Positions 24,187 through 36,329 of a stretch of DNA of 64,000 nt are shown one piece after another (positions within the stretch are counted from its first letter, which is position 1; each line of letters opens with the position of its first letter). Origin of the DNA: Ramazzottius varieornatus (lineage: Eukaryota; Animalia; Tardigrada). The DNA lies in contig BDGG01000002.1 in the NCBI GenBank assembly GCA_001949185.1, forward strand, positions 4,144,448 to 4,208,447. Direction: 5' to 3'. The position numbers and the translations under genes are program-made. Under the pieces are notes generated by a model that was not told the DNA's origin, ran no database searches, and saw only the letters and a list, made by a program, of their open reading frames with translations.

Positions 24187-27100
24187 ATGCGGTCGGTATT
24201 GATGGTGGCTGAGAAGCCTTCACTGGCGCAGACGATCGCGGAGATTCTTTCCAACGGAAGTTTACGTTCCCGAAAGTCATCCAGCCGGGCATGTTCTGTC
24301 CACGAGTACACTGGACCATGGCCATATACCAACGAGCAAGTACTGTACAAGATGACCAGCACATGTGGGCATGTCATGGGAGTGGACTTTCCCGGACGCT
24401 TCAACAACTGGAACGCCACTGATCCAGCAGAACTGTTTGACTGCCCTATAGAACAGAAGGAAGCCAACGAGTCACTGGCTATCCCACGAATGCTCAACCA
24501 AGAAGCTCGCGGTGTAGACCTGCTGGTACTCTGGCTGGACTGCGATAAAGAAGGAGAAAACATCTGCTTTGAAGTCATCCAATCGGTCGAGGGTGCGTTG
24601 AAGCCTTCGTACAGGAATGAGAGGAACATTCTCCGAGCGAAGTTCAGCGCCCTGACTCCAAAAGATATCCGACATGCGATGAACACTCTTGGAACGCCGA
24701 ACAAGAACGAATCTTTGTCTGTCGATGCCAGAATGGAGCTTGACGTGAGTACTGGCTGCTTCTTGGTTACCGCTGGTTCTTGCAGATTGTGCGGCTGGGA
24801 CGCCCAGCGGGCTTCATGTGTACTCGCTTGGAAAAGCTGCATACGCCGAGCTCTACACTTAACATGAGATCGGTGTATGCAGGTTCATGTCGCTCATATA
24901 CCTATGTAGTTCTGAACTAGTACTCCGTTTCGTTACAGCTGCGGATCGGATGTGCTTTCACTCGCTTCCAAGTACGTGCAAAGTTATGAAAGACGTTTCC
25001 TCTTCTTTTCACTACTCGATAGACCACACTGTGTAAGTTACAGACGACTTATTTCAACGGGAAGTTTGGAAACCTCAACAGTTCGACCATTTCCTTTGGT
25101 CCTTGCCAAACTCCGACATTAGCCTTCTGCGTGCGGCGCCATGACGAGATTCAGCAGTTCAAACCGGAACCTTACTGGGTTATCATGCCGACACTGATGA
25201 CTCCCGCTGGCGAGACCTTCACGCCTTCATGGACCAAATCTTCCGTCTTTGACCGTCAAGTAGGCGAGATGCTGACCAAGCACGTCAAGGAAGCCAGGTC
25301 TGCCGCAGTGACGTCCATCTCTTCCCAGCAGTGCACAAAGGCACGACCGATGGCTCTAAACACTGTCGCGCTGTTACGGCTAGCTTCTGCTGGTCTCGGG
25401 ATGGCACCTAACTACGCCATGCAGGTACGATTCATGATATCAAAAACAAACCAGAAGGAACGCTTACGTTTGAATCAATTTCCATAGGTTGCCGAGCGTT
25501 TGTATACGCAAGGTTATATTAGCTATCCTCGCACAGAGACGTCTAGTTATCCTGATAACTTCGACCTTCGTGCTACTGCTATAGAAGTTGGAAAAGTGAA
25601 TGAATACTCCGGTGTCGTGCAAAGAATTCTTCAGCAGGGCATCAAGAAGCCGAAGAAAGGTACGGATGTGGGAGACCATCCGCCCATCACGCCAACCAGG
25701 GCTGCTACGGAAGGAGGTCTTGGGGAAGCGTGGAGGATCTACGACTATATCTGCCGACATTTCCTGGCCACCATCATGAATGTATGACTTAGTAGTTAAG
25801 TTGGTGTTTGTTAGAGAGAACGAAATGTCTCAATATCGAGATAGTAATCAGAACATTCTGTTTCTCCAGGATTGTACCTACACGGAAACAACGGCCCTTA
25901 TCGCGATAGGGTCCGAAGAATTCAAAGTGACCGCGACGAAAGTGATCGATCCCGGTTTCACTTCAGTACTATCTTTCCAGGTATGGTGTTTAGTGAAATA
26001 CAGACAGAGCGGATTTTTATTCGCCGACTATGACTTTTATTATTTTGTTCTATAGGCCATTTCCGGTTCTGACATGATCGACATCAAGCAAGGTATGAAT
26101 CTGCAGATTCAAGACGTCAAACTCATTGAACGAAAGACCACACCGCCGGACTACCTGACCGAGAGTGAGCTGATCAAGCTGATGGAGACCAACGGTATCG
26201 GAACCGACGCTTCCATCCCAGTCCACATTAACAACATCGGTCAACGTGGATACGTCACCGTCAGTACCACAGGTCGCCGTCTGATTCCGACCACACTAGG
26301 TATCCTCCTTGTCCATGGGTACGAGAAGATCGATCCTGACTTGGTGTTGTCGACTATGAGGTCCGGCATGGAGAAACAGCTCAACAAAATTGCTGCAGGC
26401 GAAGCGGACTTCGGAGCAGTGAGGGACCACACGTTGACAGTCTTCAAGGCAAAGTTTAGATATTATGTAGAGAAGATTGCGCTGATGGAAGGTCTGTTCG
26501 AGACGTCCTTCACGACGCTGAACGATTCGGGAAAGCCGTTCAGTCGGTGTGGGAAGTGTCAGAGGTTTATGAAACTGATATCGACCAGGCCGCCGAGGCT
26601 GTACTGCGGATACTGTAACGAGGCCCTCCAACTGCCTCCACAGGTATGTCATGCCTTATTTTGGTCGTTCGACAAGAAGAAAAGCAATCTTGAAAACAAA
26701 GTGAGTCAGCAGTTAAATTTTTCTAGAGGTTGGAAGCCATTATAGGCTTCTTTCAAACACCTCCATACAACAAACTGTATAGCTGTCGTATTGCTATGCA
26801 GTGCAGGTTTCTGCAGAGTGATTTCAACTTGTCGGTCGTCGTCAAGTCATACTTCCTGGTTCCTTCTTGGCTATATAAGTTCTAAATTTCAAATTTTTGA
26901 ACTCCTGTGGTGTTTTTTTATTCTTTTGGTTTCAGGGCAATTACGGACTGCACCAGGAGCTGAAATGCCCACTAGACGGTTACGATCTCATCTTCTGGAC
27001 AACAGCGGCTCGTGGAACGCCGCTCTGCCCGTACTGCTACAACAACCCACCCTTTCCTGACATGCCGAAGAACGCTCCTTGTATGAAGTGCACTCATCCT

Positions 27101-27568
27101 TCCTGTCCTCACTCGATGGTGGTGAATGCGGTGCGGACCTGTTACGGTTGCGACACAGGCAACCTCGTTCTCGAGACTTCCGCTGGACTCAAGAAGCGCA
27201 TCTCCTGTAATACATGCTCACTCAAAATCTACCTCGGTGAACAGAAGAAGGTGAAAGTCAAGAGTGGCAGTGCACCGTGTGGACAGTGTGGTGGTAGGCT
27301 CATGACGCTGGAGGACAAGGATGGTGTGGAGAAGACTGGGTGTATTTTCTGTGAGGATAACATGGGACAGAGATGTAGGGTGGACTATAGAGGGCCGAGG
27401 GAAAGAACCGGTGGACGAAATAGACGAGCCAGAGGTGGGATGCAGGCTAGAGGAGCTAATGGTCCAGGTCGCGGTGATTTCCGTGGGTCCGGTCCTCCAC
27501 GAAGACCAGGCGGCAGTAGAGGGCGCGGACGAGGTCGCGGGATGCGAAGAGGAGGCGGAGATTACTAA
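24187..27568 (+). CDS. TOP3B: DNA topoisomerase III beta, multi-exon
   Basis: Toprim VLMVAEKPSLA, LWLDCDKEGENICFEV, catalytic GYISYPRTET, GIGTDASIPVHINNI, CPYCYNNPPF zinc fingers and a C-terminal RGG box, which distinguishes TOP3B from TOP3A. Confidence 0.97.
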
Positions 27569-27670
27569 CTTCATCCGTCGAAAACTAGCGAGTTTTACTG
27601 CGGAAAATCATCGCTGTTTCTGTCTTGTTTTGGCTGTGATTGTTTGTTCGTGTTGAGTATAAACTGTTCC

Positions 27671-27823
27671 TACACGCGCGTGGCCTAACTGTTAGCATGG
27701 AAAAAACAGTTGGCAGCCGGCCGAAAGCGGCAATGGCCAGTTTATTTAGTGTGCGCTGCCGCTTTCGGCAGGCTGGCAACTGTTTTCTCCGTGCCAACAG
27801 TTAAGTTAGGCCAGGCACGTGTA
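27671..27823. mobile_element. Fold-back MITE of about 150 bp flanked by TA
   Basis: ta-cacgcgcgtggcctaactgttagcatggaaaaaacagttggcagccggccgaaagcggca ... tgccgctttcggcaggctggcaactgttttctccgtgccaacagttaagttaggccaggcacgtg-ta; imperfect arms of about 60 bp. Confidence 0.75.
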
Positions 27824-28056
27824 CTCGTAATAGTTTTTTCGAACGATGTTAAGTTTTGTACATGAACTAATCAAGACTCTTTTATCCCAACAAGATACAT
27901 CAAAATTTAATTATGACTGACCCCGTGCCTTTAGCTACGTATCAATACCGTACAAAACATTATCCAATGCGTTTCAGGAGAATGCTACTAGCTTAACTGG
28001 CGCTAACAAATGTGGGAAATACCCGTGCAGAATGTCTGAAGACAAAATAATCTTAG

Positions 28057-29748
28057 TCATTTGCGTCTTTTCGGCTTTTTCTCCTTCTTCTCCTCGAGGT
28101 TCTTGAAAATCTCATAGGAAGCGATATCGGCCGACGATCCTGCGTCGACTGGGTCTTCTTCGCCCTTGCGTCTACAAGTATCTGGTCGTGGGGCGGTCAG
28201 AGACCTAATATCTTCACGAGCCGCTTCCGGCTGAGCTTCTCGGCTGTACATCTCCATGTTATCTGCAATGAAAACCAAAACGCTGAATGTTTACAGACAT
28301 GTCAATATAAATAATGTATGTCAGAAGAAGTGGTAAGTCTTACATCGAGCATGAAGTACGCTTACAACTTGACGCTCTCCGGCTTCCGTGGAAGCAAGTT
28401 TGGACTGCCTCGTCTCAGGACTTTCTGCCCGGAGCTTCGCCATCAACCGTCGTTTCGCTTCTTCGGTGGCTTCGATATTCTTTATCTTAGCTCTGTGTAA
28501 CAGAACGGCTCAGTATAACAGATGCAGCAGCCACTGGGATAATTATATGGCGGAAATAATGGATTTAGAACTTACTCGATGCCCAAGTCGACTTCCGGGA
28601 TGCCAGACAGCATCTGATGAGACAGCATTTCCTCAGACTTCTTCCCGGTTTCTCGCTTGAAGTTCTCCGCCACCACAAGAAGAGCGTCCTCGGGCCGTAT
28701 GACTTGTCTAAAGCGCACATTCAATGTTATAATATTCAACAGGTATCCGTAAATACATCAAAAGGAAGCTCAGGCTGAGTTCCCCGTACCTCATAGAAGC
28801 CGGTAATTCCGAGCCATCCGACGCCGGCACGCCGGTCTTTCTCTTTGCTATCTCGTCTTCGATGAACTTCATCCTGGAAAAACATTTGGACATATCGAAA
28901 CATCCGCTAAAATTCAAAATACAGTAAAATTAATGCATTTATGGTAACTCACATGTCGTAATCTTCGTCTCTTCTTTGGGTCTCGGCGGAGAACTCGGTT
29001 CCGATATCGATATGCTGTCCACCGGATTCCAGTTGGCTGGGTAGAGCAGCCCTGCAATGTGGAAATCAAGCATGTTAGCTTACCGGTGTGCCACGAAAGA
29101 GCAGAAATTTTCCAAGGCGTTTCCCTACGTACATTGCTTTAGCTGTTCTGTAGGTGACCATCCCTCCTGTCCGCATTTTCTCAACATCGCCATCCTACAA
29201 CATGATTCGGGGATCAAGAATTGGCTGTGCAAGCGTGCAGTTTGGAGCATCGCATGCAGCCCGCGACGCAACCGCAGTTGACCGGAAGTCGACCAGGCTG
29301 TGGATAGGCATCACAGGCTATCCCAATAATAGAGCAGAATGCATACCATGCTGGATATGGTAGGTAAAGCTTCAATGTGCCCGGCGGTCAGATTTTCCAC
29401 CCTGTCAAACAGAGAGATGTTAGTCGCGTTCCATCAGCTCGGAATAATCAGTTTCGGCTACGAGTGCTTGAATAAAAACGCTTGCCTCTTCTTACATACG
29501 TTATCCCATGTTGTCGCTTCCGGAGTTTCTGTATTTCCAAGAGATCTGCCAGAGGTATGCTAAAACGGCAACGTTTCCCTTTTTAGGATAACCCCATTGA
29601 TGATTAAGATCTCGTGGACTCACGAAGCCGACGTCCCCTCGTCGTTGTCTTCAACTTCATCTTGCGTACGCTTCCTCGCGTTCGAGTTCCTAGGACGTCT
29701 TCCCTTGAGTTCAGCAGAGTGAGACTTGCCTTCCCCTTCCTTCTCCAT
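28057..29748 (-). CDS. C9orf78: C9orf78/TLS1 (HCA59) splicing factor homolog, multi-exon
   Basis: DIGTEFSAETQRRDEDYDM|MKFIEDEIAKRK, SEEMLSHQMLSGIPEVDLGI|EAKIKNIEATEEAK, C-terminal SSADIASYEIFK. Confidence 0.9.
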
Positions 29749-30255
29749 GTCAGATAGCGCAAACAGCAAATCTGAACGGTGCTAGGGTATACTCAAGAGA
29801 ATCGGGGCCGAACGAGTAGAAATGAGGATCACGAGATCAGAGATCGCACCCGCACATTCGCAATTAACAACAACTACTCGTAAATCAACTTAACAATACC
29901 CAAGGGGACTCTGAATCGCAAACTCATCAGAGGAAGCTCGAGCTCCAGACAGCACGATCCGTTTTTCAGGATTATTCCCCGATTTTTTTTTTCTGGTTTT
30001 TCCAATTTGTTTAGTTTCTGCCGAATCATGTCTGATCAATCAAATTCGCGCGAATCAACTGGCGAAAACAGCTAGTTGATTAACAAAGAATTGATTACTC
30101 TCAGGACCCTGCCGGTCGGACAAGGGTACGGCCGACAGGGTATGACGTAACTCATGCTGCCTGTTGTACGATCGGCAGCGACGCGGCTGGGTAACTAGGT
30201 AGGAAGGTAGAGGATCGTACAATGGTACAATCGCCAGGGTGGGTGGGTAGGTTCG

Positions 30256-30430
30256 TTGATCACTAGTGGTTGACCATTGATCTTGGTAGATTGACCACTA
30301 GTGCCTAACCGTTGGTCTTGCTGTCTTGACAACTAGTGGTCGACCATTGGTCTTTCTAGGTTGAGCACTAGGGGTCGGCCATTGGTTTTGCTATGTTTAA
30401 CCACCGATACTAGCCATTGGCATTGATAGG
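30256..30430. repeat. Degenerate minisatellite, about 5 x 34-35 bp, with a palindromic core ACCACTAGTGGT
   Basis: Units resembling ttgaccactagtggttgaccattggtcttgctaga repeated head to tail with no spacers. Confidence 0.75.
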
Positions 30431-31632
30431 CAGACCGCCCAGTCGCAGCTGGTTTATTGGCCCGTCCTTCCTGTCTATTGGTCAATCGGCGTGGTAACCG
30501 GTCTGGGCTTCCAGATGTGAATGAACCTTGGTTCCCATCCTTTGATCTTTCCGCCATAGGCTCAGGCTTGCCATAGTTTCCCGAATTTAAGGGCGTTAGA
30601 ATGCCTGAACAGCTTTCTACGATGACTCAAGCGGTCTATGACTCATTCTAAAGCTCCGCAGGAAGACCAGCCTTTTGGGCGGAGCTCTCGCAAAAATAAC
30701 GAGCGGACTAAAACAAGCGAGCTTGCGAATATTGCGACCCTGCACAGCTGGAAGGTGTAAAAACTCAACCAATCAAGGAAGAAAGTTCGGAACTGATCTT
30801 GCCCACAATAGGAAAGCGGGTTGATGCGGAGCTTCCGGCACCTTCAGTTGTATATTGTTGTTAACTTAGTGTTAGGATTCGCAGGAGCAGTCTGCTGGCG
30901 AATTCTAGCGTGTCAGGAAAGGCGCTTCTTGTTTTTATGAACTATCACTGGCTTTGTATCGTTGCAGAGACCACTGGAACAACGAGCTTGACCAAGTTGC
31001 GCAGATGGATGGATCGAAGTCTGACTCAAGTCTGTCCCTGTGAAGTCCCGTCGCACCGGTTTACCCGTTTCGCGGTAGAAGACGTTCATGTTCAGAACCG
31101 AGGTACTCTTTTAAACGCATTTCTGGAGTACCGTTTCAACCTTCGTTTGCCAGGTGAGTATTCTTGAAATCTTGTGTGGACTGTACAAAGATAGCATGGC
31201 TGCCTAGGTAAGCTGCTTTTCTTATTTTGAAGAAAGTGAAGAGGTTTCTTCTGCTGTAGGGTTGGGCAGTACCACCTTCAGGGATGGGAAGGTTCGCGTC
31301 CTGATGTGTTCCTCCGACGATTACACTGATTTGCTGGATAACCAACGGACAACAGAAGTCTTTCGAGCTCGACGATGGAAGATTTCGTCGTCCGTGCGTT
31401 GAACTTTCGGGAACTCAGGAAGCCCCCAACGATCAAGGTACTCTTACGAAAACGCACAGCTTTTTCGCTGTCCCTGCGCCAGCGAGTGCCGACAGTAGAT
31501 CCTCATTGGCACAATATGTTTTACGTGCTTGAAATGGAAGGCGCAGAGTCAAATATTGGTAGTGTACATACATTTCCTGTGAACGAAATCTGAAATGGGT
31601 GCTGAGCATACAAAACGCACGTTATAGATATA

Positions 31633-31683
31633 TCATGTGGCGCACGCTTTCGTTGTACCTGATTGGATGGGCGCGCCATTTTG
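31633..31683. repeat. Degenerate copy of the ~52-bp hairpin family (upstream of SLC28)
   Basis: tcatgtggcgcacgctttc...gatgggcgcgccattttg. Confidence 0.65.
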
Positions 31684-32535
31684 CACGCTTTTTGCCGAGC
31701 TTTAGAATAAATTAAACCGCTTCTGTCGTGCGCAGAAAATTCGAAAATCAACCGCAACGCGATCCTACTGTTCATCGCCAGAATTTCCCCATGTTTCAAA
31801 ATGGTTTCTACAAATTAATATCGGAGCTTTTCGGCATAGTATTCATTAGTCTGTTTTACCGTTTTGGCGTAAAATACTATGTAGTACGAGTATCAATGGC
31901 CAGGCACTAGCGAGAACTTCCGGGTCTCTCGATCAAAATCGCTCTTGCAATCGCCCAGAAAAGCCCTTCTGTTTTGTGGAGGTTTTCCGTTATCCGGCTT
32001 TCCATTGTGCTGGTAGTGCGTTCTTTCTAGGTGTTGGTCTGAAATATTCTTGTTACGTATTTCTGTTTCCTTAGTCGCCAGCGGCGATGATACTATGAGA
32101 GGCTTCCGCCTGAAATTTATGGTTTTGCGTTGAATGAGCCGCGTTTGTTGATTTCGACCTGCACATACTTTGTATGTCAAAAACGGCCGAGCTATCAAAA
32201 TTCTACAGTTGCACCCCATCAAAAGTCGCTATTATTACACTGAAGCGTCACAAAAACGGTGACTCAGGCCATTTTACAGAAAAGTGCGATGTTCTTCTGT
32301 TTGTTAGTGTTTGTTGGGTGTATCGACTTTACCTTGCCCAAGCCCAGTATTAGGCCACTCTTTTTCTCTTTCCTCCGGGTCACATTGCGCGCGTCAGTCC
32401 CATTGTACAGTAAGAGTTCGATCCGGACGTGAAATTTAGATCTGTGCTTTCGAAGGCTTTCGTTGACATACTGTAATTCCATTGAAGCAACTTATTTTTA
32501 CTGTAGAAGGCTCTGAATGGATTCTGTAAGTACCG

Positions 32536-35500
32536 ATGGACTGGAACAGTAACCAACTTCCTCCTCACTCAGAGATGGATCTGAAAGTTTCCGGTAATGA
32601 CCGCGACGGTCGACCGTCAATAATATCCATCCTATCGCGAGGCTCGGATGATCATACGGCTGAGACCAACTTCGACTCAAACGTAAGTCGTCGCAGGGAT
32701 CCAGATGAGATTCTTTGAGTTTCACGGCTAAAAACTCTATAAAGATGAAAAATTGCTTATGGATAGTACAGAAAGTAACCAAACGTTCAGTCAGCTTCGT
32801 TCTACATACAGTACATGTACTTTACGGTTCGACCTTCACCGGTAATTCTATCAACAGGAAAATCTTCCGACGTCCCCCAGCAAGAGCTCCGTCGACAAGC
32901 GGAAGAAGACCTTCTATTCCTCACCGTTCCAAACCATCATCGAGAGGACCGAAGGGTTCATAAAGTCCGGGCTGGAGAAACATCGTGGGAAGATCCGGAT
33001 TCCGGTTTGGACATTGGTCTTCCTGGCTTACAATGCATGTCTCATCTACGCCTGTATTCGAGACTTTCGCAAAGCCAAGACGCTCCTGGTCCTCACAATT
33101 GTTATCTACGTTTGCACCATCTACTGTAAGTGGATTAGTAGACCTCTGTGGATCAAAGTCGGGAACCTCACAGCACCGCTGGCCAAGAAACTACACAAAC
33201 ATCGCAGGATTCGCCGAAGGTACACCTTCAATTTGGCATAGATTTGGATTTGTCTGTACACATTTATGACACGCTGGCTCATACTTTACAGAGTTCAAGT
33301 GGTACTCTTCCTTTTGGCCGTGAGTATGTTTCTGGGCATTGACTGTTACCGCACTCCGGCGAGGTTACAGTCGCTGGCGGGAATATTTGGTCTTCTGGGT
33401 TTCGGTCTGCTGATATCAAAGCATCCATCCAGAGTTCCCTGGTACGAAACCTATATGCCTTTCAACTCCTAACATCGGGAGGGGGGGGCTGAACAATCAT
33501 ACGTGCAAAATCATTGTATCGAGTGACGCACCTCTTCATTTAGTAGCAATAGAGGTGTGCGCCCCTTGAGATAACAAGCTTGTACGTTGTGCTTGCCGAG
33601 CTCAGCAGTTCCTATTTGACTTCAGTTAGAATCTCAATAGTAAGGCGTTGTTATTGTTGCTTTTTCAGGTATACCGTGATATGGGGAATTGCCATACAAA
33701 TTATCTTCGCGTTGATCATTCTGCGATGGGACGCCGGTCGATCCATGTTCGAATGGTTCGGCGATATCTTTGACAGCTTGATTGACTTCACCAACGCCGG
33801 AAGTGAGTTCGTATTCGGAAAGTCGTACAAGGACCATTTCTTTGCATTTGGGGTAAGCTATCCTCCTTCGGTATTACGCTTGGAAGTAGAAAAATTGTTA
33901 CTTCGTGACATACGACGATGGGATGTCAACACTAATGCAGGTTATGCCGGTCGTCGTCTTTTTCGGATTCATAATAGCGGCGCTGTATTACTGGGGAGCC
34001 ATGCAGTTCCTCATCATGAAAATCGGATGGCTACTTTATGTAGGTGGATCTTGAAATATTAGACGGTGGGCCAATACTGTAAAGTTTCTTCTTCAGGTTG
34101 TGATGGGCACTAGCGCCTGTGAATCTTTTTGTGCGGCGGCAAACATTTTCGTTGGTATGGTACGAGCATTCACCCACGCCTCAAAAACGTATTTTATTAG
34201 GCTCGAAGTCTCGAACTTTCCTTTATCTCATATCTGCTTGGTAGACGGAAGCACCGCTGATGGTCAAACCGTACCTGGAGCAAATGACGGCGGTAAAGAA
34301 TGAGTATCCTTTTGAGTTTCCGTATTGCAGCTTACCCTCTGTTCAGGCTGTTCATAGGGGACTTATTGAAAACAGACCACTTACGCTGTATGGATTCTGA
34401 CTTTTTCCAGAGCGAGCTCCATGCGTTATTCGTGGGAGGGTTCGCTAACGTTGCTGGCTCCGTACTGGCGGCTTACGCTAGTTTCGGAATTAGCGGTAAG
34501 CCACTTCTTGGTACCCTATATCATATTTCTGTCCGCCCACAAGTGCATAATTGGCCTCTTGGATTATTTTTTAGCTGTTCATTTGTTGTCCGCTTCGGTG
34601 ATGTCCGCTCCGTGTTCCTTGGCTCTCGCCAAATTAGTCTACCCGGAAACCGAGAAGAGTAATACCGGTTTTGACCAGATTCGCTTTGAACCAGGGTAGA
34701 TAAAGCTTCTGTCGTACTGCTGGTTATTAACCCATTCTCCATTTGATTCATCAAGCTATATGTTTCCAGACCAGAGCACAACGTGCTGGAAGCAGCGACT
34801 CTTGGTGCGACCTCGACTGTGAAACTAGTCAGCTACATCATCGCAACGATCATCTCCTGCCTGGCGGCACTGCAAATGTTCAACTGGCTCATTGGCTATT
34901 TGGGGTCCCTGATGGGCGTTGAGGGTCTGAGTTTCGAGGTAGCATTTGAAGAGGGTGTATGGTTGCAGTTTTCCTGAATCGTTCACAGCTATGAGTTTTA
35001 CAGATCATACTGGGTTATGTATTCATCCCGCTGGCGTGGGGAATGGGCGCGGACTGGGCGGACTGCCAGAACGTGGGAGAGCTAGTTGGAACCAAGACGG
35101 TCCTGAACGAGTTCATCGCATATGTGAAACTCGGCGAGTTCATCAAGAACCACACTATATCGGTTCGTACTGCACAGAAATCCTTCTCTGGTATTTCACT
35201 TTGTTTGTGCTAATAATCGAAACTGTTTTGTTGCAGGAAAGGTCCCAGTTGGTGGCCACGTACGCTCTCTGTGGGTTCTCAAATATTGCCTCGTTGGGCA
35301 TCACGATCGGAGGGATGTCCGCTATGGCTCCAGGGCAAAGGAAGACCATCGTAGCGGTTGGAGTCCGCTCTTTAATAACGGGGTCCATGTCGTGTTTCAT
35401 GGTGGCCTCGCTCGCAGGTAAGAATGCGTCTTATGCGATTTGATGTTTGCCTTTCATCCGCGTGAAGGTCTTGATCTGTTTCGTAGCTTTGCTGGTCGAC

Positions 35501-35635
35501 GTGACGGCGATGAACCAGACTATGACGCTCCATCCGAATATCACAGTGTTGAACACCCCGATCTCCAATGCTACAGCACAATTCGTATTGAATCTCACGA
35601 CTTCTCATAACTTCTCAACATCCGGGCTATCCTGA
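32536..35635 (+). CDS. SLC28: Concentrative nucleoside transporter (SLC28/CNT family), multi-exon
   Basis: RLQSLAGIFG, SKHPSRVPW|YTVIWGIAIQ, FTNAGSEFVFG, GTSACESFCAAANIFVGM|TEAPL, GGFANVAGSVLAAY, SVMSAPCSLA, LVGTKTVLNEFIAY, TYALCGFSNIASLGITIGG. Confidence 0.95.
33519..33570. repeat. Copy of the ~52-bp hairpin element family (SLC28 intron)
   Basis: tcgagtgacgcacctctt...agaggtgtgcgccccttgag. Confidence 0.75.
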
Positions 35636-35680
35636 AAATTTTATTCTTTATAAATTATCTAAATTGATTAGGTGTTGTAA

Positions 35681-36155
35681 TAGTCCTCCTCACGAGAGGC
35701 CGTAAAACTCCGTTGATTGTGTTGATCTCGAAAGTGGATTACCGAAGTTTCGCTTTCAAGATAAGCTACTCAAGGGCTGCTTATCTTGAAAGCGAAAACG
35801 GATTATTCTCTGCACACTTGACTCAAAATTTCAAATTTTCATTTCTCAGCTGATCTCTGTCTGCACAGTGCTTGACGTTGCGAGATACCGTTTCACGTAT
35901 GGGCTTTTTGATACCTATTAGTGTCGGGGAAATCGGCAGACAGAGACTAGCCAGAGAGAAAACCATGAATTTCAGCCTAGTCAGGAGGCAAAGTTTGCCT
36001 ACAAACCTACCCCGCAAAACTCGCGCATTTCCGCTCCCATATCCGAGACTTTCGAAAAACGCAGTTTTGCGTCACTCACGAATAATTTCCGTTGATCAAG
36101 CAAACTCAACTTTTAATCAACCGTTTGCGACATAAACAGCTCGTCGTGAGGACTA
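35681..36155. mobile_element. Possible non-autonomous DNA transposon (about 475 bp) with short imperfect TIRs and an internal 19-bp perfect hairpin
   Basis: Ends tagtcctcctcacga ... tcgtgaggacta; internal tttcgctttcaagataagc-N12-gcttatcttgaaagcgaaa at about 35748-35797. Confidence 0.45.
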
Positions 36156-36329
36156 ATGCTGTCGCAGAAGTTCTTGGTCTGTCCGGGACCTGTTGGTTGG
36201 TCGGCTTTTCCCAGTGGCGTTGGCGCTACATTCCCTTTCTTTGCATTGTCTAGGGCCCACAATCTGTTGATCTGATGGTGTCGGAGATCTTCTGCGCTAA
36301 GTTTTCTCTGCAGAAAGCAAAGGGTTTAT

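Noticed and set aside
30256-30430. Partly palindromic ~35-bp repeats resembling a CRISPR array
   Set aside because: Units are contiguous with no unique spacers, there are no cas genes, and the context is eukaryotic.
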